DNA of 64,000 bases, from contig CAYFQT010000026.1 in NCBI GenBank assembly GCA_964345445.1, positions 5,685 through 69,684 of the forward strand, given 5' to 3'. A program made the position numbers and the translations under genes. Below, piece after piece: positions 9,227-20,457 of this stretch. Source of the stretch: an uncultured Candidatus Saccharibacteria bacterium (lineage in GTDB: Bacteria; Patescibacteriota; CPR2_A; CAYFQT01). Position 1 is the first letter of the stretch. Each line of letters starts with the position of its first letter. Below the pieces are notes generated by a model. The model was not told the DNA's origin. It worked only from the letters and a program-made list of their open reading frames with translations, and ran no database searches.

Positions 9227-9242
9227 AAAGGAAAGAGTTTTT

Positions 9243-10733
9243 ATGCCCGAAAATGAAAATCAAAAATTATCCTCAGATCAAAAAAATATTGAAAAAACAG
9301 ACGCTGAGTGGCATATTAAAACAATAGTTCCTCCTGCGCACCTGATTAGAAAGTCTAAAATTTTAGCAGCCAGAAAAGATAGATTTTTCCGAAAAATTGC
9401 ACTTATTTTTCTTATATTTTTTTTACTTATAGCAGGTGGGGTGGCAGCAGCTACTATTGTAGAAGGTGATTTTTATTGGGCAAGAGACCTTTTGGGTTTA
9501 GGTTTGCCCAGAGATCCAGGGGAGGCTATAGAAAAGATTTATACCCAGATGGATAAACTAGAGGCAGTACATACCGAAATGGATATGGATTTGCTTTTAT
9601 CATCTGAAGGAATAAATATAAAAATTCCTATTGAGGCCTATGGCGATACTGTTTTTCCTGATAAACAAAGAGTAAAATTGACTGTTGATACAAAATTTTT
9701 AGTTTCTGCCTTAGGTTCACTTTTGCCTTCTGATATAGCTTCTGATTTAAAAGAAATAAAAATTGAATATATTACAGATGGTGAAGGTATTTATTATAAA
9801 ATTCCCCAAATTTTTGGGGAATTATGGATAGAAGATACCTATCAGCAGTTTTCTTCTGGTACTTCAAATTTTGAAGATTTTTCAGACTCTCAAGAAAATT
9901 TCCAAGAGGTAGAGAAATTACCATCAGAGACATTAAGCGGAGTAAGATGTTATCATTATAAAATAACTTTTGATACTAAAAAATTTCTGGAAGATCTAAC
10001 TGATGAAGACCTGACTTATGAAGAAGCTAGTCTTTTAAATAATTTAAAAATCGGAGGGGAGATTTGGGCTTCTAAAAAAGATTTTTTAATCCAGAGAATG
10101 AATATAAATATGTCTTTTACTTTCCCTTCTGATGTTATTGAACAAATAGCTTCCATTTTTGAAAAACATTTTTCTAGTTTTGCTCCTTATTTGCATTTTG
10201 ATCAAGTTTTAGGTACCTCACAAGATAAAAAAATAGAAGCTTATAAAAATCAAGATAAAATTAACATTTCTTTAGAAATCGTATATTCTAATTTTAATAA
10301 ACCTATTAATATTAAAAAACCTCAGGAAACTAAGAAAATTACTGATATTTCAGAAAGTGATATCATAGATTCTCCTTTAGGTCATCTTCTAAGTAGTACA
10401 ATTAGTGAAAGCGAATCAAGCATTAATGATATTCAAAGAAAAAGTGATTTATATCAGATTGGAGCTGCTTTGGAATTATATGCCGATGATAATTCAAGTC
10501 AATATCCTGCATTTTCCGGAATTATTAAAATAGATGGAAGTGATGAATTGTCTCAAGTATTAATAGGAGATTACCTGCCTTCTATGCCTCGTGATCCTAA
10601 ATTCCCTGAATATTATTATGAATATTTTTCTGACGGGACCAGTTATGAACTTATTTGTATTTTAGAAGATGAAACTGATCCTGAAGGAGAAAGAGTAGGA
10701 GATAGGTATATTTATAAACTTATCTCTGAATAA
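9243..10733 (+). CDS. hypothetical membrane protein with type IV pilin/pseudopilin (GspG-like) C-terminal domain
   Basis: ATG at 9243 follows the htpX stop and is preferred over the overlapping start at 9159. The TM segment IALIFLIFFLLIAGGVAAATIV and the C-terminus DLYQIGAALELYADDNSSQYP...PRDPKFPEYYYEY resemble pseudopilin globular domains. Confidence 0.45.
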   Translation: MPENENQKLSSDQKNIEKTDAEWHIKTIVPPAHLIRKSKILAARKDRFFRKIALIFLIFFLLIAGGVAAATIVEGDFYWARDLLGLGLPRDPGEAIEKIYTQMDKLEAVHTEMDMDLLLSSEGINIKIPIEAYGDTVFPDKQRVKLTVDTKFLVSALGSLLPSDIASDLKEIKIEYITDGEGIYYKIPQIFGELWIEDTYQQFSSGTSNFEDFSDSQENFQEVEKLPSETLSGVRCYHYKITFDTKKFLEDLTDEDLTYEEASLLNNLKIGGEIWASKKDFLIQRMNINMSFTFPSDVIEQIASIFEKHFSSFAPYLHFDQVLGTSQDKKIEAYKNQDKINISLEIVYSNFNKPINIKKPQETKKITDISESDIIDSPLGHLLSSTISESESSINDIQRKSDLYQIGAALELYADDNSSQYPAFSGIIKIDGSDELSQVLIGDYLPSMPRDPKFPEYYYEYFSDGTSYELICILEDETDPEGERVGDRYIYKLISE

Positions 10734-10774
10734 TTAAGTATAGATGATGTGAGGTTATTTGATATAATCGCTCA

Positions 10775-10890
10775 GGGAACGAAAATTTGCTTCTGCCCCG
10801 TAAAACGGGATAAACGGAGCTGTTTTTCGAACAGCTTACCCCGTAGGAGCGAAGCGACTTTCGGGGACCTCGTGCGCAAATTTTGTTCCC
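10775..10890 (+). ncRNA. Structured 5' leader upstream of ligA. A long-range stem encloses three hairpins. An extended -10 promoter (TGaTATAAT, 10761-10769) precedes it.
   Basis: GGGAACGAAAATTTGC (10775-10790) pairs with GCAAATTTTGTTCCC (10876-10890). Inner hairpins are CCCG-taaaa-CGGG, AGCTGTT-tttcg-AACAGCT and CCCCG...CGGGG. Confidence 0.35.
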
Positions 10891-11037
10891 TCTACTTAAA
10901 GAATTATTATTTATTGGACTTCCGGTAAATGCCCAAAAAAAGACTTTTTTTGGAGATGTCCTCAGACAAAAAATTCCAATTATTTTGTTAATGTTAAATT
11001 TCCGTTATAATAAAGGTGAGATTACTCACCTTTTTAA

Positions 11038-13059
<2,022 letters not shown>

Positions 13060-13318
13060 TCCCTATAATTAATTACAACAATAAATTACAAGACTAGTAG
13101 TTCAAGATCAGTAATTAAAGATTATTAATATAGTGTAGTTATATAGTTATAAGTTTTTACAACACTATTTTACGATCGGCCGAAAAGCGTTGTAAAAATT
13201 TAGTCCAATTTTTGTATAAATTTTATATATTTGTAAAATATCTGTACAATCTATCTCTTAATCTGCGTAAAAAAATCAGTGATATTATATCAAACACAAT
13301 TAGTATTATAAAAAAATA

Positions 13319-13351
13319 ACTGGGTCAGTGTTTTGGGTACCGACCCAGTTT
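13319..13351 (-). terminator. Rho-independent terminator for the minus-strand genes 13360-14067
   Basis: AACTGGGTC...GACCCAGTT forms a 9-bp stem. On the minus strand it is followed by ATTTTTTTAT. Confidence 0.6.
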
Positions 13352-13359
13352 TAGATATG

Positions 13360-13551
13360 TTATTTTTTTGGTTTTTTAAAAATCAAGATAATTGGAGTGA
13401 ATGTTGATTGTCTTATAAAATAAATTAATTCCCATTCTTTTTGGCCAAATTCGTTTAATTTCGATTCTAATTCTTTCTTGAAGTCTTTTTTTTCTTCTAG
13501 GTTTTTAATTTTGAAATAGCAAACTTTATATTTCCATTTCATCACCATCAC
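13360..13551 (-). CDS. small hypothetical protein (DUF4177-like?)
   Basis: 63-aa ORF MKWKYKVCYFKIKN...GQKEWELIYF, co-directional with the upstream Cys-rich gene and followed by the terminator. Confidence 0.35.
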   Translation of the reverse strand: MMVMKWKYKVCYFKIKNLEEKKDFKKELESKLNEFGQKEWELIYFIRQSTFTPIILIFKKPKK

Positions 13552-13614
13552 ATCTTTTTAAAGAATTTTTCTTGAACATATTCAATACTTGTTAAAATAT
13601 TTTTGTTTATCTGG

Positions 13615-14067
13615 TTATCCAATTAGATATCTACAGGAATCATCTGTCAGCGGTTTTTCCTTTTTTTCTGCTCCTATAGTTTGGAGATTATAGGGGTTTT
13701 CGCCTAAACGAGGTAAAATTTTGTATTTGCATTCCTCGCAAAATGTCCATCTTTCTTTTCTTAGATTTTCAGGAAACATATTATGGATGCGGAAAAGATA
13801 ATTAAATCCTTTTTCACATCCACACAAAGTACAAGTGCCTCCATCTGACTTTTTGCCCGCAAATAAAGATTTTAAATCATTATAACATTCAATACATAAT
13901 AGATATTTGTCGCTATAAGCTTCTCTATTTCCTCGACTTAAATAAATTTTTACAGCTTTTCCTGCAGCTTTTTTATGGTAGTTTAAACCCTCTACATCAG
14001 AGGTTCTTTCAATTATTTTTTCTTTTCCACATCCATCGCTATCACATCTGAGATCATAAATTGACAT
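13615..14067 (-). CDS. cysteine-rich (four CxxC pairs) putative zinc-binding protein
   Basis: RBS AAAGGAGTG upstream on the minus strand. Motifs CDSDGC, CIEC, CTLCGC and CEEC. Confidence 0.5.
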   Translation of the reverse strand: MSIYDLRCDSDGCGKEKIIERTSDVEGLNYHKKAAGKAVKIYLSRGNREAYSDKYLLCIECYNDLKSLFAGKKSDGGTCTLCGCEKGFNYLFRIHNMFPENLRKERWTFCEECKYKILPRLGENPYNLQTIGAEKKEKPLTDDSCRYLIG

Positions 14068-14237
14068 TTTCTTTCACTCCTTTTAGATAGATTAATATGT
14101 TGTTTTCAAAGGACAATATATTTTGATATCTTAATCTATCATACTAAAAATTCTTTGTCAAATATAATTTGAGATGTTATACTTTTAAATAGCACTTAGC
14201 GCATAGCTTTTAGCACTTAGCAAATAGTGAGGTTATT

Positions 14238-14537
14238 ATGGCATTAACTAAGAAGCAAATTGAACATATTGCTATGTTGGCTCGTTTAGGTTTGACAGAA
14301 AAAGAAAAGAAGAGGTTTGAAAGACAACTTTCTTCTGTTTTGGACTATGTAAATCAACTTAATAAAGTAAATACAAAAAATGTCCAGCCAATTGCCCAAA
14401 TAACAGGACTTAAAAATGTAATGGAGGAGGATAAAGTAAAAAGTGATAAGGAGAAGATATCAAAAGATAAATTGTTGAAGAATGCGCCAATGCAGGAAGA
14501 AGGGTGTGTGAAAGTGAAAGCGGTATTAGAAGAGTAA
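14238..14537 (+). CDS. gatC: Asp/Glu-tRNA(Asn/Gln) amidotransferase subunit C
   Basis: MALTKKQIEHIAMLARLGLTEKEKKRFERQLSSVLDYVNQL is a canonical GatC N-terminus. Promoter-like TTGTCA-17-TATACT lies at 14152-14187. Confidence 0.85.
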   Translation: MALTKKQIEHIAMLARLGLTEKEKKRFERQLSSVLDYVNQLNKVNTKNVQPIAQITGLKNVMEEDKVKSDKEKISKDKLLKNAPMQEEGCVKVKAVLEE

Positions 14538-14596
14538 AGGTTACTATGAGTTACTAGAAGTTACTAATGGTTACTAAGAAAGTTACTAGAGGTTAT

Positions 14597-14992
14597 ATGC
14601 AAGAGGAAGCTTATAAAAAATTATTAGTTTGGAAAAATATTTGTGAGTTAAGAAGACTGATTTATAAAATAACTGAGAGATTTGCTAAGACTCATCCAAG
14701 ATTAGCTGGACAAATGAGAGACGCTACAAGATCAGCAAAACAGAATTTTATAGAAGGATATAAACGAGATTCAATTGGATTATTTATTCAATCTGTTAAA
14801 GTTAGCCGAGGCTCTTTAGGAGAATTGGATGGTGATATTGATGATTGTTATGAAGATAATTTAATTACAAAATTGGAGTATACTAATTTAAGTAATTTGA
14901 GTAAAAAATCTTTATACTTAATTGATAGATATATAGATTCGTTATATAAAATGCAAAAAGAAAAAACTTGGAGAGTAAGGTGGCAAAAATAA
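14597..14992 (+). CDS. four-helix-bundle protein (TIGR02436-like), inserted between gatC and gatA
   Basis: ...LLVWKNICELRRLIYKITERFAKTHPRLAGQMRDATRSAKQNFIEGY is characteristic of this family. ATG at 14597 has a better RBS (AGAGG) than the ORF-track start at 14567. Inverted heptamer arrays flank the gene. Confidence 0.65.
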   Translation: MQEEAYKKLLVWKNICELRRLIYKITERFAKTHPRLAGQMRDATRSAKQNFIEGYKRDSIGLFIQSVKVSRGSLGELDGDIDDCYEDNLITKLEYTNLSNLSKKSLYLIDRYIDSLYKMQKEKTWRVRWQK

Positions 14993-15059
14993 TTTTGCAA
15001 CCTTTAGTAACTTATAGCAACTATTAGCAACTATTAGTAACTTATATTTACTAATTAAA

Positions 15060-16646
15060 ATGAATTTAGAAAATCTTACAATTTTACAAGCTCATAAGAA
15101 GCTGAAAAATAAAGAGACTTCATCGGTTGAATTAACCAAAGCAGTTTTGGATAGAATTAAAAAGACTGATAATAAGATTAATGCTTTTATTACAGTCACA
15201 GAAAAAGAAGCATTAAAACAAGCAGAAGAGGCTGACAAACGGATTAAAACTGGAAAGATGCTGAGTAAACTTGATGGAATTCCAGTGGCTCTAAAAGACA
15301 ATATGGCAACAGAAGGAATTTTAACAACAGCTGGTTCTAAGATTTTAGAGAATTTTAAACCGCCTTATGATGCTACAGTTGTTAAAAAAATAAAAGATGC
15401 TGGTGCTATTATTATTGGCAAAACCAATATGGATGAGTTTGCCATGGGTTCTTCTTGTGAAACTTCTTATTTTGGTCCTACGAAAAATCCTTGGGATACA
15501 TCCCGAGTTCCTGGTGGCTCTTCAGGAGGTTCTGCAGCGGCTGTTTCAGCTTCACAATGCATTTATGCCCTGGGTTCTGATACCGGTGGTTCTATTCGCC
15601 AACCAGCCTCTTTTTGTGGTTGTGTAGGCTTAAAACCTACTTATGGTCGAGTATCTCGATATGGTCTTTTGGCTATGGCCTCTTCTTTGGATCAAATTGG
15701 ACCACTTGTAAAAAATACAGAAGATGCAGCAGCAGTTTTGGAGGCTATTTCTGGATATGATGGGGAAGATAGCACAAGCGTAGACAAAAAGTTCAAAGTT
15801 CAAAGTTCAAAGTTCAAAGTTTTAAAAAATGTAAAAATTGGGATTGCTAAGGAGTATTTTAGGGAAGGTTTAGATAAAAAAGTTGAAGATAAGATAAAAT
15901 CAGCGATTAAAGTTTTAGAGTCAAGGGGAGCCAAGATTGAAAATGTTAGCTTACCTCATACTCAATATACCTTAGCTTGCTATTATATAATTATGCCTTC
16001 AGAAGCTTCCACTAATTTAGCCAGATATGATGGAATAAAATATGGATATTCAACCACTCAAATCTCAAATCTCAACTCTCAAAACTTATTAGATGTCTAT
16101 CTACAATCAAGGGCAGAAGGTTTTGGAGATGAGGTAAAAAGGCGAATAATGTTAGGAACTCATACATTATCTTCAGGTTATTATGATCAATATTACTTAA
16201 AAGCTGCTAAAGTTAGAACAAAAATAAAAGAAGATTTTGACAAAGCATTTTCTAAAGTGGATGTTTTAATAACTCCTACTTCACCAACTGTTGCTTTTCC
16301 ACTCGGGGAAAAGTTAGATGATCCATTGACTATGTATTTATCGGATATTTATACAGTACCGGTTAATTTAGCCGGAGTGCCGGCAATTTCTGTTCCTTGT
16401 GGACTAGTTAAAAAGGTTACTAAAAGTTACCAAAAGGATACTAAAAAGTTACTAAAGAGAGTTGATAAAAATACTTTTAGTAACAATTTGCAACCCCTAG
16501 TAACCCCTAGTAGCTCATTATTACCTGTAGGTTTACAAATAATAGGTCCTCAGTGGGGAGAAGAGAAAATTCTACAAACAGCTTATATCTATGAACAGGC
16601 AACAAAAGATGAGGGGTGGAGGAAATTAAAGCCAAGTATAAAGTAA
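15060..16646 (+). CDS. gatA: Glu-tRNA(Gln) amidotransferase subunit A, with in-frame repeat insertions
   Basis: Amidase signature [11 protein letters not shown], plus [10 protein letters not shown] and the catalytic Ser/Lys context. Three low-complexity inserts are encoded by short DNA repeats. Confidence 0.9.
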   Translation: MNLENLTILQAHKKLKNKETSSVELTKAVLDRIKKTDNKINAFITVTEKEALKQAEEADKRIKTGKMLSKLDGIPVALKDNMATEGILTTAGSKILENFKPPYDATVVKKIKDAGAIIIGKTNMDEFAMGSSCETSYFGPTKNPWDTSRVPGGSSGGSAAAVSASQCIYALGSDTGGSIRQPASFCGCVGLKPTYGRVSRYGLLAMASSLDQIGPLVKNTEDAAAVLEAISGYDGEDSTSVDKKFKVQSSKFKVLKNVKIGIAKEYFREGLDKKVEDKIKSAIKVLESRGAKIENVSLPHTQYTLACYYIIMPSEASTNLARYDGIKYGYSTTQISNLNSQNLLDVYLQSRAEGFGDEVKRRIMLGTHTLSSGYYDQYYLKAAKVRTKIKEDFDKAFSKVDVLITPTSPTVAFPLGEKLDDPLTMYLSDIYTVPVNLAGVPAISVPCGLVKKVTKSYQKDTKKLLKRVDKNTFSNNLQPLVTPSSSLLPVGLQIIGPQWGEEKILQTAYIYEQATKDEGWRKLKPSIK

Positions 16647-16746
16647 TAGTAATAAGTAATAAGGAATCAAGAATAAAGGGTTAGGAATTAGGAATAGGGA
16701 ATAAGTAGTACTCCTTATAACTAATAACGGATAACTAGGAGCACAT

Positions 16747-17601
16747 ATGGGTAAAGCAGCCAGAATTAGAAGATTAAGAGAATTAGAAAGACAGCAAAAA
16801 GAAGTAGAAAAAAAGGATAAAAAACAATTGACATTAAGAATTGTATTTTTATCTCTGGCTTCTGTTGGTTTAATTGTTGGAATAATTATTATGGTTGTGA
16901 AAATTAATAAGATAAAAAAACAGCCTAAATCTTATAAGACAGGGGAGAGGACCTATTCTCAAGCGCCGGATATGCAAATTGATACCCAAAAAAAGTATAC
17001 AGCTACAATTGAAACATCTTTGGGGAATATCAAAATAGAATTGTTTACCCAAGAAACTCTTAAAACTGTAAATAATTTTGTAGTTTTGGCTCGGGATGGA
17101 TATTATGATGGGTTAAAATTTCATAGAATAATAAAAGATTTTATGATCCAGGGGGGGTGCCCAAAGGGTGACGGCACAGGAGATCCTGGATATAAATTTG
17201 AAGATGAGCCGATAACTGAAAACAGAGATTATACCCCGGGGATTGTAGCTATGGCTAATTCCGGTCCTAACACCAATGGCAGCCAATTCTTTATTATGCA
17301 TGGGGATAAATCTGGTGGGGGTTTACCTAAAAATTATGTGATTTTTGGTCAAGTTTTAGAAGGGATGGAAATAGTAGATCAAATTGCCAATGTAGAGACA
17401 GAGGATAATGGACAAGGGGAAGTATCTCGCCCAAAAGAGGGTGTTTTAATTAATAAAGTCACAATTTCCGAGGAAGAAGTTCAAGTAGCACCTTCAGAAT
17501 TTCCTGGACCAGAAGGCCAACCTATTGATATTCCAACAGAAGATTTACCAATAGAAAGCCAACCGATTGAGATGCCTGTAGAGGTTCCTCAAGGAGAATA
17601 A
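16747..17601 (+). CDS. cyclophilin-type peptidyl-prolyl cis-trans isomerase with N-terminal TM and acidic C-terminal tail
   Basis: FHRIIKDFMIQGG...GYKFEDE...MANSGPNTNGSQFFI is a classic cyclophilin core. Confidence 0.85.
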   Translation: MGKAARIRRLRELERQQKEVEKKDKKQLTLRIVFLSLASVGLIVGIIIMVVKINKIKKQPKSYKTGERTYSQAPDMQIDTQKKYTATIETSLGNIKIELFTQETLKTVNNFVVLARDGYYDGLKFHRIIKDFMIQGGCPKGDGTGDPGYKFEDEPITENRDYTPGIVAMANSGPNTNGSQFFIMHGDKSGGGLPKNYVIFGQVLEGMEIVDQIANVETEDNGQGEVSRPKEGVLINKVTISEEEVQVAPSEFPGPEGQPIDIPTEDLPIESQPIEMPVEVPQGE

Positions 17602-17604
17602 AAT

Positions 17605-18051
17605 ATGGATTATATGATTTTATTGATTTTTGGAATAATTATTTTGTTGGGTGGGGTATTATTTATTTTTATAAATAAATCTTTACCTAAAGACGGTAAA
17701 AAGAACTTTCTTACACAATCAGAAAAAGAAATGGTCCAGAGGAAATGGCAAGAGATTCAGCAACTTTTGCAGCTTGAGGGAGAAAGCAGAAGCAAACAGG
17801 CTGTTTTAGAAGGGGATAAATTAGTCTATTTTGTTTTAAAAAAATTAGGATATTCTGGTGATAATATGGCTGATTGTATGAAAGCAGCAAAAGAAAGATT
17901 TTCTTCATATAAAATTTATTCGGAATTATGGAAAGCCCACAAATGCCGCAATAGAATAGTCCATGAGGTTGATAATGAATTATTACATCAAGAAGCCCAA
18001 AAAACCATCACAAGATTTGAAAGAGTTTTAAAGGATTTGGGAGTTTTATAA
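17605..18051 (+). CDS. hypothetical membrane-anchored protein
   Basis: N-terminal TM. Translationally coupled (ATGA overlap) with the downstream CYTH gene. Confidence 0.4.
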   Translation: MDYMILLIFGIIILLGGVLFIFINKSLPKDGKKNFLTQSEKEMVQRKWQEIQQLLQLEGESRSKQAVLEGDKLVYFVLKKLGYSGDNMADCMKAAKERFSSYKIYSELWKAHKCRNRIVHEVDNELLHQEAQKTITRFERVLKDLGVL

Positions 18052-18581
18052 TGTCTAATATTGAAGTTGAAGTGAGGAGTTTTATTTCTGAACATAAATA
18101 TAAACAATTAATAGAGATAATGAATCAACAAGGGGGTTTTATAGATGAAATAAATGAAGAGACTGTATATTTTTCTGGTGAAAAAGATTTACGAATTCGA
18201 AGAGACAACAAGAAAGCATATTTAATTCTAAAAGAAGGAAAAATTCATGATAAGCATAGAAAAGAGATAGAAATTGAGTGCCAAAGAAATGATTTTAGAA
18301 AATTAGAAGATTTGCTTATAAATTTGGGATTTGAAGTGAAAATTAGATGGTTTAGAAAAAGAAAAATATATAAATGGAATGATATAAAAGTTTTATTAGA
18401 TGATACAAAAGGCTATGGTTATATTGTTGAATTGGAAAAAATAGGTAATGAAGCAGATAAAGAAAAGATTTATAAAAAATTAGAACAAAATTTAAAAGGT
18501 TTAGAAGTACAAATTACCCCTAAAGAAAAATTTGATAAAAAATTTCAATATTATAAGGAAAATTGGAGAACTTTGGTCTAA
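18051..18581 (+). CDS. CYTH domain protein (class IV adenylate cyclase / triphosphatase-like)
   Basis: IEVEVRSF...start with an alternating acidic/basic beta-barrel pattern, typical of CYTH. Confidence 0.55.
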   Translation: MSNIEVEVRSFISEHKYKQLIEIMNQQGGFIDEINEETVYFSGEKDLRIRRDNKKAYLILKEGKIHDKHRKEIEIECQRNDFRKLEDLLINLGFEVKIRWFRKRKIYKWNDIKVLLDDTKGYGYIVELEKIGNEADKEKIYKKLEQNLKGLEVQITPKEKFDKKFQYYKENWRTLV

Positions 18582-18598
18582 AATATTGGAGTTGAAAT

Positions 18599-20131
18599 AT
18601 GGAATATCAGACAATAATTGGATTAGAAATCCATGTACAATTGAAGACAAAATCTAAAATGTTCTGCAGATGTGATAATTATTCAGTGGATGCCAAGCCA
18701 AATATTAATACCTGCCCAGTATGTATGGGAATGCCTGGAACTCTTCCAGTGATAAACCAGCAAGCTATAGAATGGGCAGAAAAGACCGCCTTGGCTTTAA
18801 ATTGTAAAATTTCCTCATTCACTAAATTTGATCGAAAAAGCTATTTCTATCCGGACTTACCCAAAGGATATCAGATATCCCAATATGATATGCCTTTAGC
18901 GGTAGGAGGATGGTTGGATATTGATGTGCCAGAGTCAAAAGTTCAAAGTTCAAAGTCTAAAGTCCAAAATAAGATGTATACTAGAAGAATTAAAATCACT
19001 AGGTTGCATATGGAAGAAGATGCAGCAAAGTTAATTCATTCCGTAAAGGGACGTGGTCCCTACGGGACTTTACGTCCAGAGGTGGCAGATTATAGTTTGG
19101 TTGATTTTAACCGTGCCGGAACTCCACTTATGGAAATTGTTACAGAACCTGACCTAAGCTCCCCACTTGAAGCAAAGATTTTTATGCAGGAGTTAAGAAG
19201 TATTTTGCGATATTTAGATGTTTCTGAAGCTGATATGGAGGAGGGAAATTTGAGATGTGATGCTAATATATCATTAAGTCCAAAGTCCAAAATCCAAAGT
19301 CCAAAGTTGGGGGAGAAGGTGGAAATTAAAAATATAAACTCTTTTAAGGCTGTAGAGAAAGCTTTAGCTTACGAAGTGGAAAGGCAAAAGGATATTTTAG
19401 AAAGTGGGGACAAGATAGTTCAAGAAACTAGAGGCTGGATGGAAGATAAAGGCAGAACAATCTCCCAGCGAGGCAAAGAAGAAGCAGAAGACTATCGTTA
19501 TTTTCCCGAACCAGACTTGCCACCATTGGAATTTGAAAAAAAACAAGTAAAAGAAATTCAATCGAAATTACCTGAATTGCCTAACCAGCGCCAAAGAAGA
19601 TTTGTTAAAGAATATGACCTGTCAATGTATGATGCTCAGGTTTTAACTTCTGAGAAAGAAACATCTGTCTTTTTTGAAGACACAGTTCAAAAAATATCCA
19701 AATTAAATCACGAAAAGGCCAAGAGGGCGTGCAACTGGATAACAACGGAATTGCAATATTTACTTAAGGATAAAGATATAGATATTAGCAAATGCAAAAT
19801 TAAACCAAAGGATTTAGCCGAGCTTATTGGATTAATTGACAAAGGAGAAATCTCAGGGAAAATAGCCAAAGATGTATTCGTAGAAATGTTTAATTCCGGA
19901 AAAGCCCCTTCGGAAATTGTGAGTAAAAAAGGATTAAGACAAGTTAGTGATGAAGGAGAATTAGAGAAAATTATAGATAAAATTATATCTCAAAATAAAC
20001 AAGCAGTTTCTGATTATAAAGAAGGAAAGGAAAATGCATTTAAGTTTTTAGTAGGGCAGACAATGGCTTCTACCCGCGGTCAAGCCAATCCTCAGATGGT
20101 TAATAAGATATTGAAGGAAAAATTGAAATAA
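18599..20131 (+). CDS. gatB: Asp/Glu-tRNA amidotransferase subunit B, with two in-frame repeat insertions
   Basis: MEYQTIIGLEIHVQLKTKSKMFC.C...GMPGTLP and DFNRAGTPLMEIVTEPD match GatB. It carries a C-terminal GatB/YqeY domain. Confidence 0.9.
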   Translation: MEYQTIIGLEIHVQLKTKSKMFCRCDNYSVDAKPNINTCPVCMGMPGTLPVINQQAIEWAEKTALALNCKISSFTKFDRKSYFYPDLPKGYQISQYDMPLAVGGWLDIDVPESKVQSSKSKVQNKMYTRRIKITRLHMEEDAAKLIHSVKGRGPYGTLRPEVADYSLVDFNRAGTPLMEIVTEPDLSSPLEAKIFMQELRSILRYLDVSEADMEEGNLRCDANISLSPKSKIQSPKLGEKVEIKNINSFKAVEKALAYEVERQKDILESGDKIVQETRGWMEDKGRTISQRGKEEAEDYRYFPEPDLPPLEFEKKQVKEIQSKLPELPNQRQRRFVKEYDLSMYDAQVLTSEKETSVFFEDTVQKISKLNHEKAKRACNWITTELQYLLKDKDIDISKCKIKPKDLAELIGLIDKGEISGKIAKDVFVEMFNSGKAPSEIVSKKGLRQVSDEGELEKIIDKIISQNKQAVSDYKEGKENAFKFLVGQTMASTRGQANPQMVNKILKEKLK

Positions 20132-20457
20132 TTCGAAGAATATTGAGAATTACTAATGAACAATTGCTAATTTCTAATCAAATCCCAATGACTAATAAAG
20201 AAACAAAATTCTAAATCCGAAATTCTAAATACTAAATCCTAAATCCCAACGGGATCCCTTCGGGACAATATCAAATGACCAAAATGCTACCACAGCCCCA
20301 CCCAACCACCCTTTTATTGTATAGATTATATAACAAAACAATATAAGTTTAGAACATTGGAAAATTTGAATTTTGAATTTATTTAGGATTTAGAAATTAG
20401 ATATTAGAAATTTTATAAGATAAGTTAATTGTGTTATATTAAAACCAAGGAAAAATA

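Noticed and set aside
9159-9242. ORF-track start at 9159 for the 524-aa protein, overlapping the htpX 3' end
   Set aside because: This start lies inside htpX in another frame without an RBS. The ATG at 9243 just after the htpX stop is the more plausible start.
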